Assembly (NCBI GenBank): GCA_019423835.1
Contig: JAHZAR010000004.1
Coordinates: forward strand, 813-64,812
Direction of reading: 5' to 3'
DNA length: 64,000 bases
Source of the DNA: Clostridiales bacterium
Lineage (GTDB): Bacteria > Bacillota > Clostridia > Lachnospirales > Lachnospiraceae
A program made the translations under genes and the position numbers. Numbering within the stretch: position 1 is the stretch's first letter; each line of letters opens with the position of its first letter. Positions 1 through 9,683 of this stretch are shown here, piece by piece. The notes under the pieces were generated by a model. The model searched no databases and was not told the DNA's origin. It saw only the letters and a program-made list of their open reading frames with translations.

Positions 1-19
1 GCTCACTTCCTCTGTCAGC

Positions 20-724
20 CTAGAAGATTCCTGCTATCAGCGACATAACAAATTTAGCCAGCAGATTATTATCATACAGGAATGACAGCCAGGAGCTGGA
101 CTCTATCATGCGATTCAGATGCATTCCCCACTCTGTGGCTGAGAAGGCAGTGACAAACAGAAATGCAAGCCACATGAAGATCAGTCCCTCCAGGCCTCCC
201 AAAGCGGCTCCGGCCAGCTTATTTACTCCCGACAGTATCGGCAGCCTGGCTACTATATCCAGACACCTGGCAATGATTTCCAGAACGCCGAAAATAACAA
301 TAAACAACAGAATATAGACAGCCAGGTTCATAATCTGACTGACCAGATATCCCGTTACATATCTGGAAAAGGTATCTACCCCCATTAGGCTGTAAACCTC
401 ATGATTGTTGTTTTCCAAAAGCTCTGACTTAAACAGCTTCGGCAGTTCAAGCTCCTCGATCCTCTGCCTCTGGGCCGCCGGGGTATCTGTATCTGCACTC
501 TCATCCATGCCAATCGCCTGGCGCACCGCCTCCTCTACCGTCTGATATACCTCTGTATTATTTCTGAGGTATGAGGTCACCTGAGGCACAGCCATATTGA
601 CAGCAACCAGCGTCACCGCCAGGGCAGCAGCAGAAACCGCCATCCGTATAAATCCTCTGTAATGTCCTATTAAAACCATGGCAGCAAGATAGACTGCTGC
701 TGCAATTGATAACCAATTCTGCAT
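20..724 (-). CDS. CvpA (colicin V production) family membrane protein
   Basis: 234-aa ORF; hydrophobic N- and C-terminal helices with G-x-x-RGF near the start and the NKLAGAALG motif. Confidence 0.8.
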   Translation of the reverse strand: MQNWLSIAAAVYLAAMVLIGHYRGFIRMAVSAAALAVTLVAVNMAVPQVTSYLRNNTEVYQTVEEAVRQAIGMDESADTDTPAAQRQRIEELELPKLFKSELLENNNHEVYSLMGVDTFSRYVTGYLVSQIMNLAVYILLFIVIFGVLEIIARCLDIVARLPILSGVNKLAGAALGGLEGLIFMWLAFLFVTAFSATEWGMHLNRMIESSSWLSFLYDNNLLAKFVMSLIAGIF

Positions 725-770
725 ATTTAAACTTCCTTTCAGAAGAAGGAACAGGCCTTCTTTTCCTTCC

Positions 771-1598
771 TTACAGCACCAGCTTTTCTATGATTTCTGC
801 TACTCCGTCGGCATCATTAGGCGGCGCAATATATGAAGCACATTTTTTTATCAAAGGATTCCCATTTTCCATGGCCACCCCTACCCCCGCCAGTTCCACC
901 ATGCTTCTGTCATTTTCTCCGTCCCCAAAGGCCATCGTCTGGCTCACCGGGATTTTCAGCCGCCTGGCGAGACGGCGAACAGCCTCTCCCTTTGTGGCCC
1001 CCTCCCCGTTAATCTCCAGATTGTTGGGCATGGACGAGGTAACGATAATGCCCTCTATCTGGGCCAGCTCCTGGCGGACTCTCTGCTTCGTGTCCCTGTC
1101 ATATCCCTTAAAATAAATGTTCATTTTATCGAGAAGGGGCTGTTTTTCTTCCAGGTATTCCCTGAGCGACGGCAGCGGGTCCCTTGTCTCCCGGATGAGC
1201 CTGCAGATTTCCGGCCGGATTTCATAGTACTCCAGCGTATCGAGAAACCGCCGGTCTGCCTTTCCCCGCCCCTCTATATAGCAGTCATACATGAGAGGAA
1301 AATCTTCGATCCGGTTAATCACATGCATCGCCTTCTCCCAGCAGAGTCCCCGCCGTTCCAGGATCTCTCCTGTCTCTGCATCCTGTATACATGCACCGTT
1401 CGTCAGGATCGCGTACCGTATCCCCTCTATCCTGCGGACAGGCTCCGGGATTCCCTCAAAGGTACGCCCTGTGCATGGCACTATATAGATCCCTCTCCTA
1501 ATGCACTCCTCCAGCACCCTTCGGCTGCGCTCTGAAAGATTCTTATCCGATCTCAGGAGGGTTCCGTCCAGGTCAATGGCAATCAATCTGATGTTCAT
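771..1598 (-). CDS. Cof-type HAD-IIB hydrolase
   Basis: DLDGTLL, CTGR, K and GDGEND motifs; start set at ATG 1598 after a GGAGG RBS. Confidence 0.9.
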   Translation of the reverse strand: MNIRLIAIDLDGTLLRSDKNLSERSRRVLEECIRRGIYIVPCTGRTFEGIPEPVRRIEGIRYAILTNGACIQDAETGEILERRGLCWEKAMHVINRIEDFPLMYDCYIEGRGKADRRFLDTLEYYEIRPEICRLIRETRDPLPSLREYLEEKQPLLDKMNIYFKGYDRDTKQRVRQELAQIEGIIVTSSMPNNLEINGEGATKGEAVRRLARRLKIPVSQTMAFGDGENDRSMVELAGVGVAMENGNPLIKKCASYIAPPNDADGVAEIIEKLVL

Positions 1599-1766
1599 AG
1601 CTGTCCTCCGCTTTCCTTCTGCGCAGGCAGAAAACTGTCTGTAAGCTCTGCCAACGTCCTCCACCTGCCTCAAAGAGTATTTCCCTTATTAAATAAATGC
1701 CCCTCCCGGGCCGTTCAGGCCGCAGATGGGGCATCATCTGTATTCGATTCCTTCCGGCCTTCTGTG

Positions 1767-4235
1767 TTAGTCGAAGAAATGCTTCTCCTTTAAAATCAGA
1801 AGTCCGTCCTTATCATATTTAGATGAGAAGAATCCACCGAAGGAAGGTTTCTCCGCACGGTCTGCAGCTTCTTCGATCAGATCCTCTGCGGTTTCTCTGG
1901 TCAGAGGAATACCATCCTCCTCCATCATCTCTGCCCGCTCATACAGGGCCAGCATACTTTTTCCTGAGATACTGCAGTCAATTTCAGATGCATATTTGCA
2001 GGCATACTGGGCAAATTCCTCCACATCCATCTGGCGGTCATCGCCCTCTTCCCCATAATCATCCTCGTGTCCGTCCTTATCCCAGTCTTCCTCATAGGTC
2101 TCCTGATAGCCGCCCGCTTCATCCTCATCCCGGTAATCATCCTCATAGTCACGGGCTGGCTTTTCATCGGAGCGGAAGTCCTCATCGGAATAGTATCCAT
2201 CGTCATCCTGGTAGCTGCCATGGTCTCCGCGATCCTCTGCGCTGTCATAATCTGACTCACCGCGGCCATTTTCCTCTGAGTATTCATCTGGTCCGTCATC
2301 CTCTCCGCCTGCTGCTCCAGATGCACCCGCAGCCTGCTCCATTCTGGCCGTTTCAGCGGTATATTCTGCCAGGCGCTGTCTTTCCAGTTCAGCGTTGATT
2401 TCTGCCTGGCGGCGCTCCTCTTCCCTGCGCTTTAAGGCCTCCTGCTCTTCTCTTTTTCTGGCGGCCTCTGCTTCGTATTCAGTTCTCCTGCGCTCTTCTT
2501 CTGCCTGGGCCTCGGCAATCCGCCTTCTCTCCTGCTCTGCCTCATATTCTGCCTGACGGCGGGCAGCCTCCGCCGATGCAGCAGCCTGTCTTCTCTTTTC
2601 TTCCTGCTCTTCCCGATCCTCCGCTCTCTCAGAAGCGCGGCATCCGATATACTGGAATTTATCTGCCAGCTCCGGATTTCCGTTGTGCAGCCGCTCCATC
2701 CTGAGCGGCGTGTCAATCAGAACCACAATCATGCCGCTCTTGTCAGCCTCCATCAGCTCACTGAGATCTCTGATAGAAAATTCATCCAGATCTGCGGCAT
2801 GCTCCACGATCAGATCCTTTCCCACCAGCCTGTCTGCCACTGAGAAAATCCCTCTTCTGTTCAGGTTCTGAGCACTGATTTTGGCAACCGGGCTTTTAGT
2901 TCCCAGCTCCCTGTGAATTTTCTTCAGAGAATCAAGGGCCAGCGCCAGACCGCTCTGGGGATCATCCGCCTCAATCATCAGATGATTGCTCTCACTCTCC
3001 TCCGGCTCTAAATCCCAGTCCTCGATAATGGTCTCCTCTTCCTCCTCATAGGCCCTGGCAATCTGCTCCTCCCTGGCTGCTGCACTCTCCGCCTGGTACC
3101 CATCTGTTTCTTTCTGAGAGGCCGCACTCTGCGCCTGAAGCTCTGAGCCTGTCCACGCGGCTGCACCTCCCTGCCCCGCTCTGAAGCCTTCCTGACGGCC
3201 AGTCTCCTCCTCAGCGGCACGGGCTGCCGCCTTATCGGCCTGAATCGTTCTGACAGCTCTGATTCCGGCTGTTGTTCCGGTCTCTGCCTGTGTCTCTCCA
3301 TCCATGTCTCTGCTGCTCTGTCCCTGCACCTCTGACGGCTGCCGGTTCATTCTTCTGATGTCCCCCAGGACTCTCGTTTCGCCCGCAGCATCTTCCTCAT
3401 CCCGGTACTCTTCCTTCGGAATTTTGGCGATCTCATTGGCCAGATCCTGCTCTGCCTGTGCCTCGTGAAGCTCTGCGGAATCCAGATGGCGGCCGGCTCT
3501 TCTGTCACGGGGCTGCTCCTCCCCGGCTTCTTCAGGCTCAAAATCCTGATCCAGATCGTCATCCCTGTCCATATGGCGCCCTGAGCTGTACTCTTCCTCC
3601 ACGGCTCTGAGCTTTTCCTCATATTTCTCGCGGTTTTCCACCAGATCCATCTGATATTTAGTCAAAGGCGCATACTTCTTTTTCAATTCCATGGCCTTGT
3701 CCACATATTTTCCCAGTCCGAAGAGAAGCATAATCTTGTCGCAGATGCGGACACAGTCCTCCTCACGTCCAGCCTGCTGGTAAAGCTCTGCCAGCTTGTA
3801 AAGCCACTTCTCATCCAACTCCTCCTGGCAGTAGCGCTCCAGTGACACAATCAGCTGATCCAGCGGAGCCTTCTTCGACTCCAGAATCAGGTACCGCAGC
3901 AGATTCTGTCTCGGATCATCCCCGCACAGCTCGCAGAACTCCCTGTAATACGCCTCAGCCTCAGGCACATTCCCCTCCCTGAGCGCAAGATCCGTCAGCT
4001 TAAACAGAAGTCCTCTTCCGCTTGGCGCCCGTTCAAAGGCAAGAAGCAGGATGTCCTTGGCCTCCTGATATTCCTCGTTTCTCTCATACACCTGTGAGAT
4101 CGACGCCAGAAGACTGGTACTGCGCACACGCCTCCAGTCAATTCCGTCAGCAATCTTCATCGCCGTCTCATAATCACCCTTGTTTACCAGCTTTTTAATC
4201 TGTTCAACCTTTATGTTAAACTCGTACTTATCCAT
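1767..4235 (-). CDS. TPR-repeat protein with acidic linkers, coiled coil and a degenerate AAA-like C-terminal region
   Basis: N-terminal helical repeats, E/D/R-rich low-complexity segments; directly downstream of recR. Start ATG 4235 (alternative GTG 4256). Confidence 0.7.
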   Translation of the reverse strand: MDKYEFNIKVEQIKKLVNKGDYETAMKIADGIDWRRVRSTSLLASISQVYERNEEYQEAKDILLLAFERAPSGRGLLFKLTDLALREGNVPEAEAYYREFCELCGDDPRQNLLRYLILESKKAPLDQLIVSLERYCQEELDEKWLYKLAELYQQAGREEDCVRICDKIMLLFGLGKYVDKAMELKKKYAPLTKYQMDLVENREKYEEKLRAVEEEYSSGRHMDRDDDLDQDFEPEEAGEEQPRDRRAGRHLDSAELHEAQAEQDLANEIAKIPKEEYRDEEDAAGETRVLGDIRRMNRQPSEVQGQSSRDMDGETQAETGTTAGIRAVRTIQADKAAARAAEEETGRQEGFRAGQGGAAAWTGSELQAQSAASQKETDGYQAESAAAREEQIARAYEEEEETIIEDWDLEPEESESNHLMIEADDPQSGLALALDSLKKIHRELGTKSPVAKISAQNLNRRGIFSVADRLVGKDLIVEHAADLDEFSIRDLSELMEADKSGMIVVLIDTPLRMERLHNGNPELADKFQYIGCRASERAEDREEQEEKRRQAAASAEAARRQAEYEAEQERRRIAEAQAEEERRRTEYEAEAARKREEQEALKRREEERRQAEINAELERQRLAEYTAETARMEQAAGASGAAGGEDDGPDEYSEENGRGESDYDSAEDRGDHGSYQDDDGYYSDEDFRSDEKPARDYEDDYRDEDEAGGYQETYEEDWDKDGHEDDYGEEGDDRQMDVEEFAQYACKYASEIDCSISGKSMLALYERAEMMEEDGIPLTRETAEDLIEEAADRAEKPSFGGFFSSKYDKDGLLILKEKHFFD

Positions 4236-4277
4236 TTCTTTCGCATCTCCTAACACCTGACAGGCAGGCCTTCCTAC

Positions 4278-4877
4278 TTAAAGCTCAGTTCTGCCTTCCA
4301 GCGCCCTGAGCAGAGTCACCTCGTCGATATACTCCAGATCGCCGCCGACCGGCACGCCGCTGGCAATCCTTGTCACCTTGATCCCAGTAGGCTTTATCAG
4401 CTTGCTGATATACATGGCAGTTGTCTCTCCCTCAAGGCTTGAGTTGGTGGCAATGATTACCTCCCTCACCTCTTCCTTCTGCAGCCTGGTCATCAGCTCC
4501 TTCAGCTTAATATCGCCCGGGCCGATTCCCAGCATCGGAGAAATAGCGCCGTGCAGAACGTGGTAAACTCCCTCATACTTGCCGGTCTTCTCATATGCTG
4601 CCAGATCTCTCGTGTTCTCCACTACCATGATGATGCCGTGATCGCGCCTTGCGCTCTCGCAGATGGGACAAAGCTCCTTGTCTGTCAAAGTGAAGCACTC
4701 CCGGCAGTAACGGACATTTTTCTTGGCATCCGTGATAGCCGATGAAAGGCGCTCTACCTGCTCAGCCGGCATGTTAATGATGTGAAAGGCCAGGCGCTGA
4801 GCGGATTTGTTTCCGATTCCGGGCAGCTTTGACAGTTCCTCAATCAATTTTGTTATCTGACTGCTGTAGTAATCCAT
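4278..4877 (-). CDS. recR: Recombination mediator RecR
   Basis: [15 protein letters not shown]4 zinc finger, Toprim [12 protein letters not shown]. Confidence 0.97.
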   Translation of the reverse strand: MDYYSSQITKLIEELSKLPGIGNKSAQRLAFHIINMPAEQVERLSSAITDAKKNVRYCRECFTLTDKELCPICESARRDHGIIMVVENTRDLAAYEKTGKYEGVYHVLHGAISPMLGIGPGDIKLKELMTRLQKEEVREVIIATNSSLEGETTAMYISKLIKPTGIKVTRIASGVPVGGDLEYIDEVTLLRALEGRTEL

Positions 4878-4878
4878 C

Positions 4879-5244
4879 TTAGAACGGGAAGCCTCCGCCG
4901 AGACCGCCTCCCAGGCCTCCCAGGCCTCCGGTCAGCTTGGCCATAGCCTGAGAGCTCGCATCCTCCATCTGGCGGAACGCCTCGTTCGTGGCGGCCACAA
5001 TGAGATACTCAAGCATTTCAACATCGTCCGGATCCACAACCTCCTGGGAAATCTTTACAGAGAGCACTTCTTTTTTGCCGGATACGGTAACTGTAACAGC
5101 TCCGCCCCCTGCAGATGCTGTGTACTCCTTCTCCTCCAGCTCCTTTGTCGTCTCCTCCATCTGGCGCTGCATCCTCTGCGCCTGCTTCATTAAATTTGTC
5201 ATATTTCCGGGCATTCCTCCCGGGAAACCGCCACGTTTTGCCAT
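4879..5244 (-). CDS. ebfC: YbaB/EbfC nucleoid-associated protein
   Basis: [16 protein letters not shown] and DPDDVEMLE motifs; dnaX-ybaB-recR synteny. Confidence 0.93.
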   Translation of the reverse strand: MAKRGGFPGGMPGNMTNLMKQAQRMQRQMEETTKELEEKEYTASAGGGAVTVTVSGKKEVLSVKISQEVVDPDDVEMLEYLIVAATNEAFRQMEDASSQAMAKLTGGLGGLGGGLGGGFPF

Positions 5245-5354
5245 GGTGTTTTTCCTCCTGATTTTTGTTTCTTTCTATGTTCTGTCTGTGTTTATTCTAT
5301 TTTTGATCCTTTCGGATTTCAAATGGTATTTCCTGCCTTTCTCTGCCAGCCGCT

Positions 5355-7022
5355 CTAAGGCTCAACCTCCACCTCACAGTGGATCACCGACAAGTCCTCC
5401 TCGCTGACATAGGCTGTATTGACAGGGCCGGATGTTTCCCTGAGATGAGCCTTAAATTCAATGCTCTTCTGATAATTCTGCTCCACCAGAGAGCGAAGCT
5501 CAGCCAGAACACTCTCCCTGTTCACAATGGTATAGTAATTCACATCTGTAAATTCAAGGGAAAGACAGCCCTCGCCGGACGGTCTCGGCACGGCCTCCTG
5601 AAGAGCCAGGCGCACCGGCCCTCCCATCTGCCTTGCTATTTTTCCCAGCTCCTTTTTTACCATCATCAAATCCTCATACTGAGCCCTGGGAAGAACCACC
5701 GTTTCCACAGGCTGGCCGGTCTTTCCTGTATCCCCGTCACCTGTGCCGGAGCCGCTCCTGTCTGTTCCAGAGGAGCCGCCTGAACCGGCTCCCTCCCTGC
5801 CGTTCATCCCGCCTTCTGCACCAGTCCGGCCGGCAGCTGCAAGCGCTGCCAGCTCTGCCGGGGAAGGGATCTCCCTTATTCTGTTTTCCAGCTCAGCAAT
5901 CCGCTGCAGCACAGAGTCAAAACTCTGTTCCATGGAAGGCCTGGTCAGCTTGATAAAGGCTATCTCGAGAAGCACCCGTTTCTGGCTTGCATACCTCATT
6001 TGTCCGGAGAGTTCTGAGAAAATCCTGATATAGCGCATCAGCGTATCTGCGTCCACCAGAGCAGCCTCCTCTTTCAGAAGCCGGATATTTTCCTCCGACA
6101 TATCCAGCATATGCTCTGCATCTTCCGCCGACTGTACAATCAGAAGATTCCGAAGATACCAGACAAAGTCGTTGACAAACTGGGAAAGCTCCCGCCCCTG
6201 AATGATAATTTCTTCTATCCTGCAGATGCAGTCCTTTGTGCTCCCCTCCACAGCCGCCCGGAACAGCTCTGAAAATACGCTGTTGTCCACAGCTCCCAGA
6301 ACCTCCAGAACATTGTCATAGGTCAGGGTTTCCCCGAAATGAAAGGCTGCGCACTGGTCGAGAAGGCTCAGGGCGTCTCTCATGGAGCCGTCCGCCGCCT
6401 TCGCCACATAGCGCAGGGCCCGCTCCTCCACCTCGATATGCTCTGCCGCTGTCAGCTCCCGGAGCCTGTCGGCAATTGTATCCAGAGAAATGCGCTTAAA
6501 ATCATATCTCTGACACCTGGACAGGATCGTGACAGGAATTTTGTGTACCTCTGTGGTGGCAAGAATAAAAATCACATAGGGCGGCGGCTCCTCCAGCGTC
6601 TTTAACAGGGCGTTGAAGGCACCGATTGACAGCATGTGAACCTCGTCGATGATATACACCCTGTATTTTCCCTCTGTGGGGGGATACTGCACCTGCTCCC
6701 TGATTTCGCGGATATTTTCCACTCCATTGTTGGATGCGGCGTCTATCTCCACCACATTCAAGGAGGTGCCATCCATAATATGGCGGCAGGTGCCACACTC
6801 ATTGCACGGGCTGCCGTCCGCTGGATGTTCACAGTTCACCGCTCTGGCAAATATCTTCGCAATACTTGTCTTACCCGTTCCCCTGGTTCCGCAGAACAGG
6901 TAGGCGTGGCCGATGCGCCCTGATGTTATCTGATTTTTCAGTGTCTTTACAATAGGATCCTGCCCCTTTACATCCCCGAAGGATACAGGACGCCATTTTC
7001 GGTAAAGGGCTGTATAGGACAT
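5355..7022 (-). CDS. dnaX: DNA polymerase III subunit gamma/tau
   Basis: ALYRKWRP, GTRGTGKT, IDEVHML and SRCQR motifs. Confidence 0.97.
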   Translation of the reverse strand: MSYTALYRKWRPVSFGDVKGQDPIVKTLKNQITSGRIGHAYLFCGTRGTGKTSIAKIFARAVNCEHPADGSPCNECGTCRHIMDGTSLNVVEIDAASNNGVENIREIREQVQYPPTEGKYRVYIIDEVHMLSIGAFNALLKTLEEPPPYVIFILATTEVHKIPVTILSRCQRYDFKRISLDTIADRLRELTAAEHIEVEERALRYVAKAADGSMRDALSLLDQCAAFHFGETLTYDNVLEVLGAVDNSVFSELFRAAVEGSTKDCICRIEEIIIQGRELSQFVNDFVWYLRNLLIVQSAEDAEHMLDMSEENIRLLKEEAALVDADTLMRYIRIFSELSGQMRYASQKRVLLEIAFIKLTRPSMEQSFDSVLQRIAELENRIREIPSPAELAALAAAGRTGAEGGMNGREGAGSGGSSGTDRSGSGTGDGDTGKTGQPVETVVLPRAQYEDLMMVKKELGKIARQMGGPVRLALQEAVPRPSGEGCLSLEFTDVNYYTIVNRESVLAELRSLVEQNYQKSIEFKAHLRETSGPVNTAYVSEEDLSVIHCEVEVEP

Positions 7023-7052
7023 GGCCTCTTAACTCCTCACTCTTTCATGGAT

Positions 7053-8135
7053 CTATCTGTCGCCGAAGCTGATTCCCACTGCTTTTGCCTCCCGGATCAT
7101 GTCGCAGGACGGATCAACGGTTTTCAGTTTTCCGGCAGCTTCAGACAGCGGAACTTTTGTGATCCCGTTGTTCTTTACCGCTACCATATAGCCGTATTCT
7201 CCCTTCACAATAAGCTGTGCGGCCGATGCGCCGAGACGGGTGGACAGCACGCGGTCATAAGGACAGGGCTCGCCGCCTCTCTGCATGTGGCCCGGAACCG
7301 TAACGCGTACCTCCTGGCCTGTCTTTTCCGTGATCTTTGCCCCCAGCTCATAGGCGACGGATGGGTATACGGGTCCCGTCTTTCTCTTCTCCTTCAGCTC
7401 CTTCTTGGAGAGGGCTGCATCTTCCTTGGAGATGGCTCCCTCCGCAACTGCCAGGATCGTAAAATTCTTGCCCGCCTTCGTTCTCTTCTTAATCGCATCC
7501 ACCACTACATCCACGTCATACGGAATTTCAGGGATCAGAATGATGTCGGCTCCTCCGGCGATTCCCGCGTGGAGTGTCAGCCATCCAACCTTGTGACCCA
7601 TGACCTCTACGATAAAGACCCTTCCGTGGGATGCCGCTGTAGTATGAATGCAGTCGATGGCATTTGTAGCTACATTGACCGCGCTCTGGAACCCAAAGGT
7701 CATATCCGTTCCCCAGAGATCGTTGTCAATGGTCTTCGGAAGGTGGATCACATTCAGCCCCTCCTCCCTCAGCAGATTCGCGGTCTTCTGGCTTCCGTTT
7801 CCTCCGAGCACCACAAGACATTCCAGCTTCAGTTTATAATAGGTGTGTTTCATAGAGGCCACTTTGTCAAGACCGTTCTCATCCGGTGTTCTCATGAGCT
7901 TAAACGGCTGTCTGGAAGTCCCGAGTATCGTTCCTCCCTGCGTCAGAATCCCGGAGAAATCGGAGGGCTTCATAATCCGGTAGTCTGCATACATCAGTCC
8001 CCTGTATCCGTCCTCAAAGCCGATGATTTCTACCTCGTCGTCATAAGTCTTATAAAGCGCCTTCGCCACGCCGCGCATGGTAGCATTTAAGCTCTGGCAG
8101 TCGCCGCCGCTGGTAAGCATACCAATTCGTTTCAT
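7053..8135 (-). CDS. pfkA: 6-phosphofructokinase (PfkA family, group III-like)
   Basis: TSGGD, GTILGTSR, GGNGS, PKTIDND and GHMQRGG motifs. Confidence 0.93.
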   Translation of the reverse strand: MKRIGMLTSGGDCQSLNATMRGVAKALYKTYDDEVEIIGFEDGYRGLMYADYRIMKPSDFSGILTQGGTILGTSRQPFKLMRTPDENGLDKVASMKHTYYKLKLECLVVLGGNGSQKTANLLREEGLNVIHLPKTIDNDLWGTDMTFGFQSAVNVATNAIDCIHTTAASHGRVFIVEVMGHKVGWLTLHAGIAGGADIILIPEIPYDVDVVVDAIKKRTKAGKNFTILAVAEGAISKEDAALSKKELKEKRKTGPVYPSVAYELGAKITEKTGQEVRVTVPGHMQRGGEPCPYDRVLSTRLGASAAQLIVKGEYGYMVAVKNNGITKVPLSEAAGKLKTVDPSCDMIREAKAVGISFGDR

Positions 8136-8209
8136 AATGACACACCCTTTCTGCTCTCACTTCTATCCTTTTGTATGGGTATTTCAGGTTACACTATACC
8201 CATTTTGTA

Positions 8210-8238
8210 ATTATAATACAATCTTTTTCTGCGGGCAA
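8210..8238 (-). promoter_or_regulatory. sigma-A-type promoter of pfkA
   Basis: TTGCCC-17 bp-TATAAT on the minus strand. Confidence 0.7.
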
Positions 8239-8341
8239 GAAAAAAATCTTTACAGAAAACTTACTGAAACCCTCAACAGAGGGGACTCTTCCGCGCCGTC
8301 AGCTTTTCTTATTTCAGGGGAAGCCAGACAGCAGTTTCTGC

Positions 8342-8379
8342 AAAAGAAAAGCCTCCGCGGCAGTCTGCCGCGAAGGCTC
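8342..8379 (-). terminator. Intrinsic terminator downstream of the SRP RNA
   Basis: GC-rich stem AGCCTTCGCGGCAG/CTGCCGCGGAGGCT followed by TTTCTTTT. Confidence 0.75.
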
Positions 8380-8459
8380 AGTCTCTGTATTCACAGGTTC
8401 TTATTCACCAGCTCTGCAACCGGCTCCCCGGCCCTGAACAGAGCTGTCAATTATTTTAA

Positions 8460-8724
8460 TCCGCACATTCTGCTTTGAATGCTCCTCACAGACGTTACCC
8501 CCGCAGTTAACTCGGCCCAGGCTCCCTCACGGCACACAGGAGATTCCACTTAGTGCTGCTGCATTCCTGCCCTGACACGGTTCATGGATTCCCATTGCGT
8601 AAGACCCAAGCTTCAACGCCACTTGCGGGGGGCAGCTCTGCAAAAAAGCACCCGCGGCAGAATATCACCCCTGCTATAGCGGATTGCAGGTACAGGACAC
8701 CGCTAACTTCCCGGCTGTGCGGAA
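8460..8724 (-). ncRNA. ffs: Signal recognition particle RNA, large Firmicutes type
   Basis: Domain IV motif GAACCGTGTCAGGGCAGGAATGCAGCAGCACTAAGTGGA, Alu-like 5' GCGGTGTCCTGTACCTGCAATCCGCT, paired CCGCACA/TGTGCGG ends; next to tadA as in B. subtilis. Confidence 0.93.
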
Positions 8725-8759
8725 TCTTTATGACACAGTTATGATTTATTAACCAGTTC

Positions 8760-8788
8760 AGTATACATGGCGGATGTGTTTTTGTCAA
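8760..8788 (-). promoter_or_regulatory. sigma-A promoter of ffs
   Basis: TTGACA-17 bp-TATACT with an extended -10 region. Confidence 0.85.
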
Positions 8789-9309
8789 GGGCGTGTTTTC
8801 CCGGCAGCCTCCTCCTGCTCCCGGAGCAGCCGCTTTTTCTCCTTTCCCCTGGCTCTCAGCTCCCTGAAAAATTCCTTCAGCATGGAAGAACACTCCTCCC
8901 CCAGAGTTCCCACCTCTGTTTCTGCCTGATGGTTAAAGCCTTCCTCGTGGAGCAGATCCAGCACAGAACCGGCGCAGCCGGCCTTGGGATTCATACAGCC
9001 AATCACTACCTTTGGAATCCGCGCCTGGACGATGGCTCCGGCACACATGGGGCAGGGCTCCAGGGTCACATACATGGTGCACTCCTCCAGCCGCCAGTCC
9101 CCTATGCTCCGGCACGCCTTGCGGATGGCCAGTATCTCAGCGTGGGCCAGAACATTTCCATCCGTAGTGCGGCGGTTGTATCCCCGACCGATAATCTTTC
9201 CTCCATGTACAATCACGCACCCGATGGGCACCTCGCCGAGAGCCCAGGCCTTTCTTGCCTGCCGGACTGCCTCTCTCATATACCGCTCATCTTCTGTCAG
9301 CTTTCTCAT
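8785..9309 (-). CDS. tadA: tRNA adenosine(34) deaminase
   Basis: GEVPIG, HAE and TLEPCPMC motifs; start at ATG 9309 after AGGAG. Confidence 0.93.
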   Translation of the reverse strand: MRKLTEDERYMREAVRQARKAWALGEVPIGCVIVHGGKIIGRGYNRRTTDGNVLAHAEILAIRKACRSIGDWRLEECTMYVTLEPCPMCAGAIVQARIPKVVIGCMNPKAGCAGSVLDLLHEEGFNHQAETEVGTLGEECSSMLKEFFRELRARGKEKKRLLREQEEAAGKTRP

Positions 9310-9564
9310 CTTTCTCTCCTGTCTGTTTGCTTTCCGGCCGCAATCCCGCTTCGCCATATCCCCCGCTTCCCGCACAGACGTGCTTCCCTCTCAGGCGGCC
9401 ATGACAGAAGACTTCCTGCCCGGAAGGTTTTCTGTTCGCGAAAAGGCATCTCCCCCTCTTCGGCACATGATATCAGTATATCCTATCCGCTCTTCCTCTG
9501 GCAAGTCTGAAAGAAAACATCCCAAATCTCCGGCCGCTTTTCCTGCTTCCGCAGGACCTGAGAC

Positions 9565-9593
9565 TTGCAATCCCTGCCGCACTTCACTATACT
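9565..9593 (+). promoter_or_regulatory. sigma-A promoter of the nrdG-like gene
   Basis: TTGCAA-17 bp-TATACT. Confidence 0.7.
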
Positions 9594-9683
9594 TACAGAT
9601 AGGACTCTGCACACCGAAGCCCCAGAGCAGACGGTTTCCCGGTGCGCTCAGTCATCATTCAAAACATCAGTGAGGTATCTGCC

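Noticed and set aside
8582..8893. 103-aa ORF
   Set aside because: Overlaps the SRP RNA and its promoter
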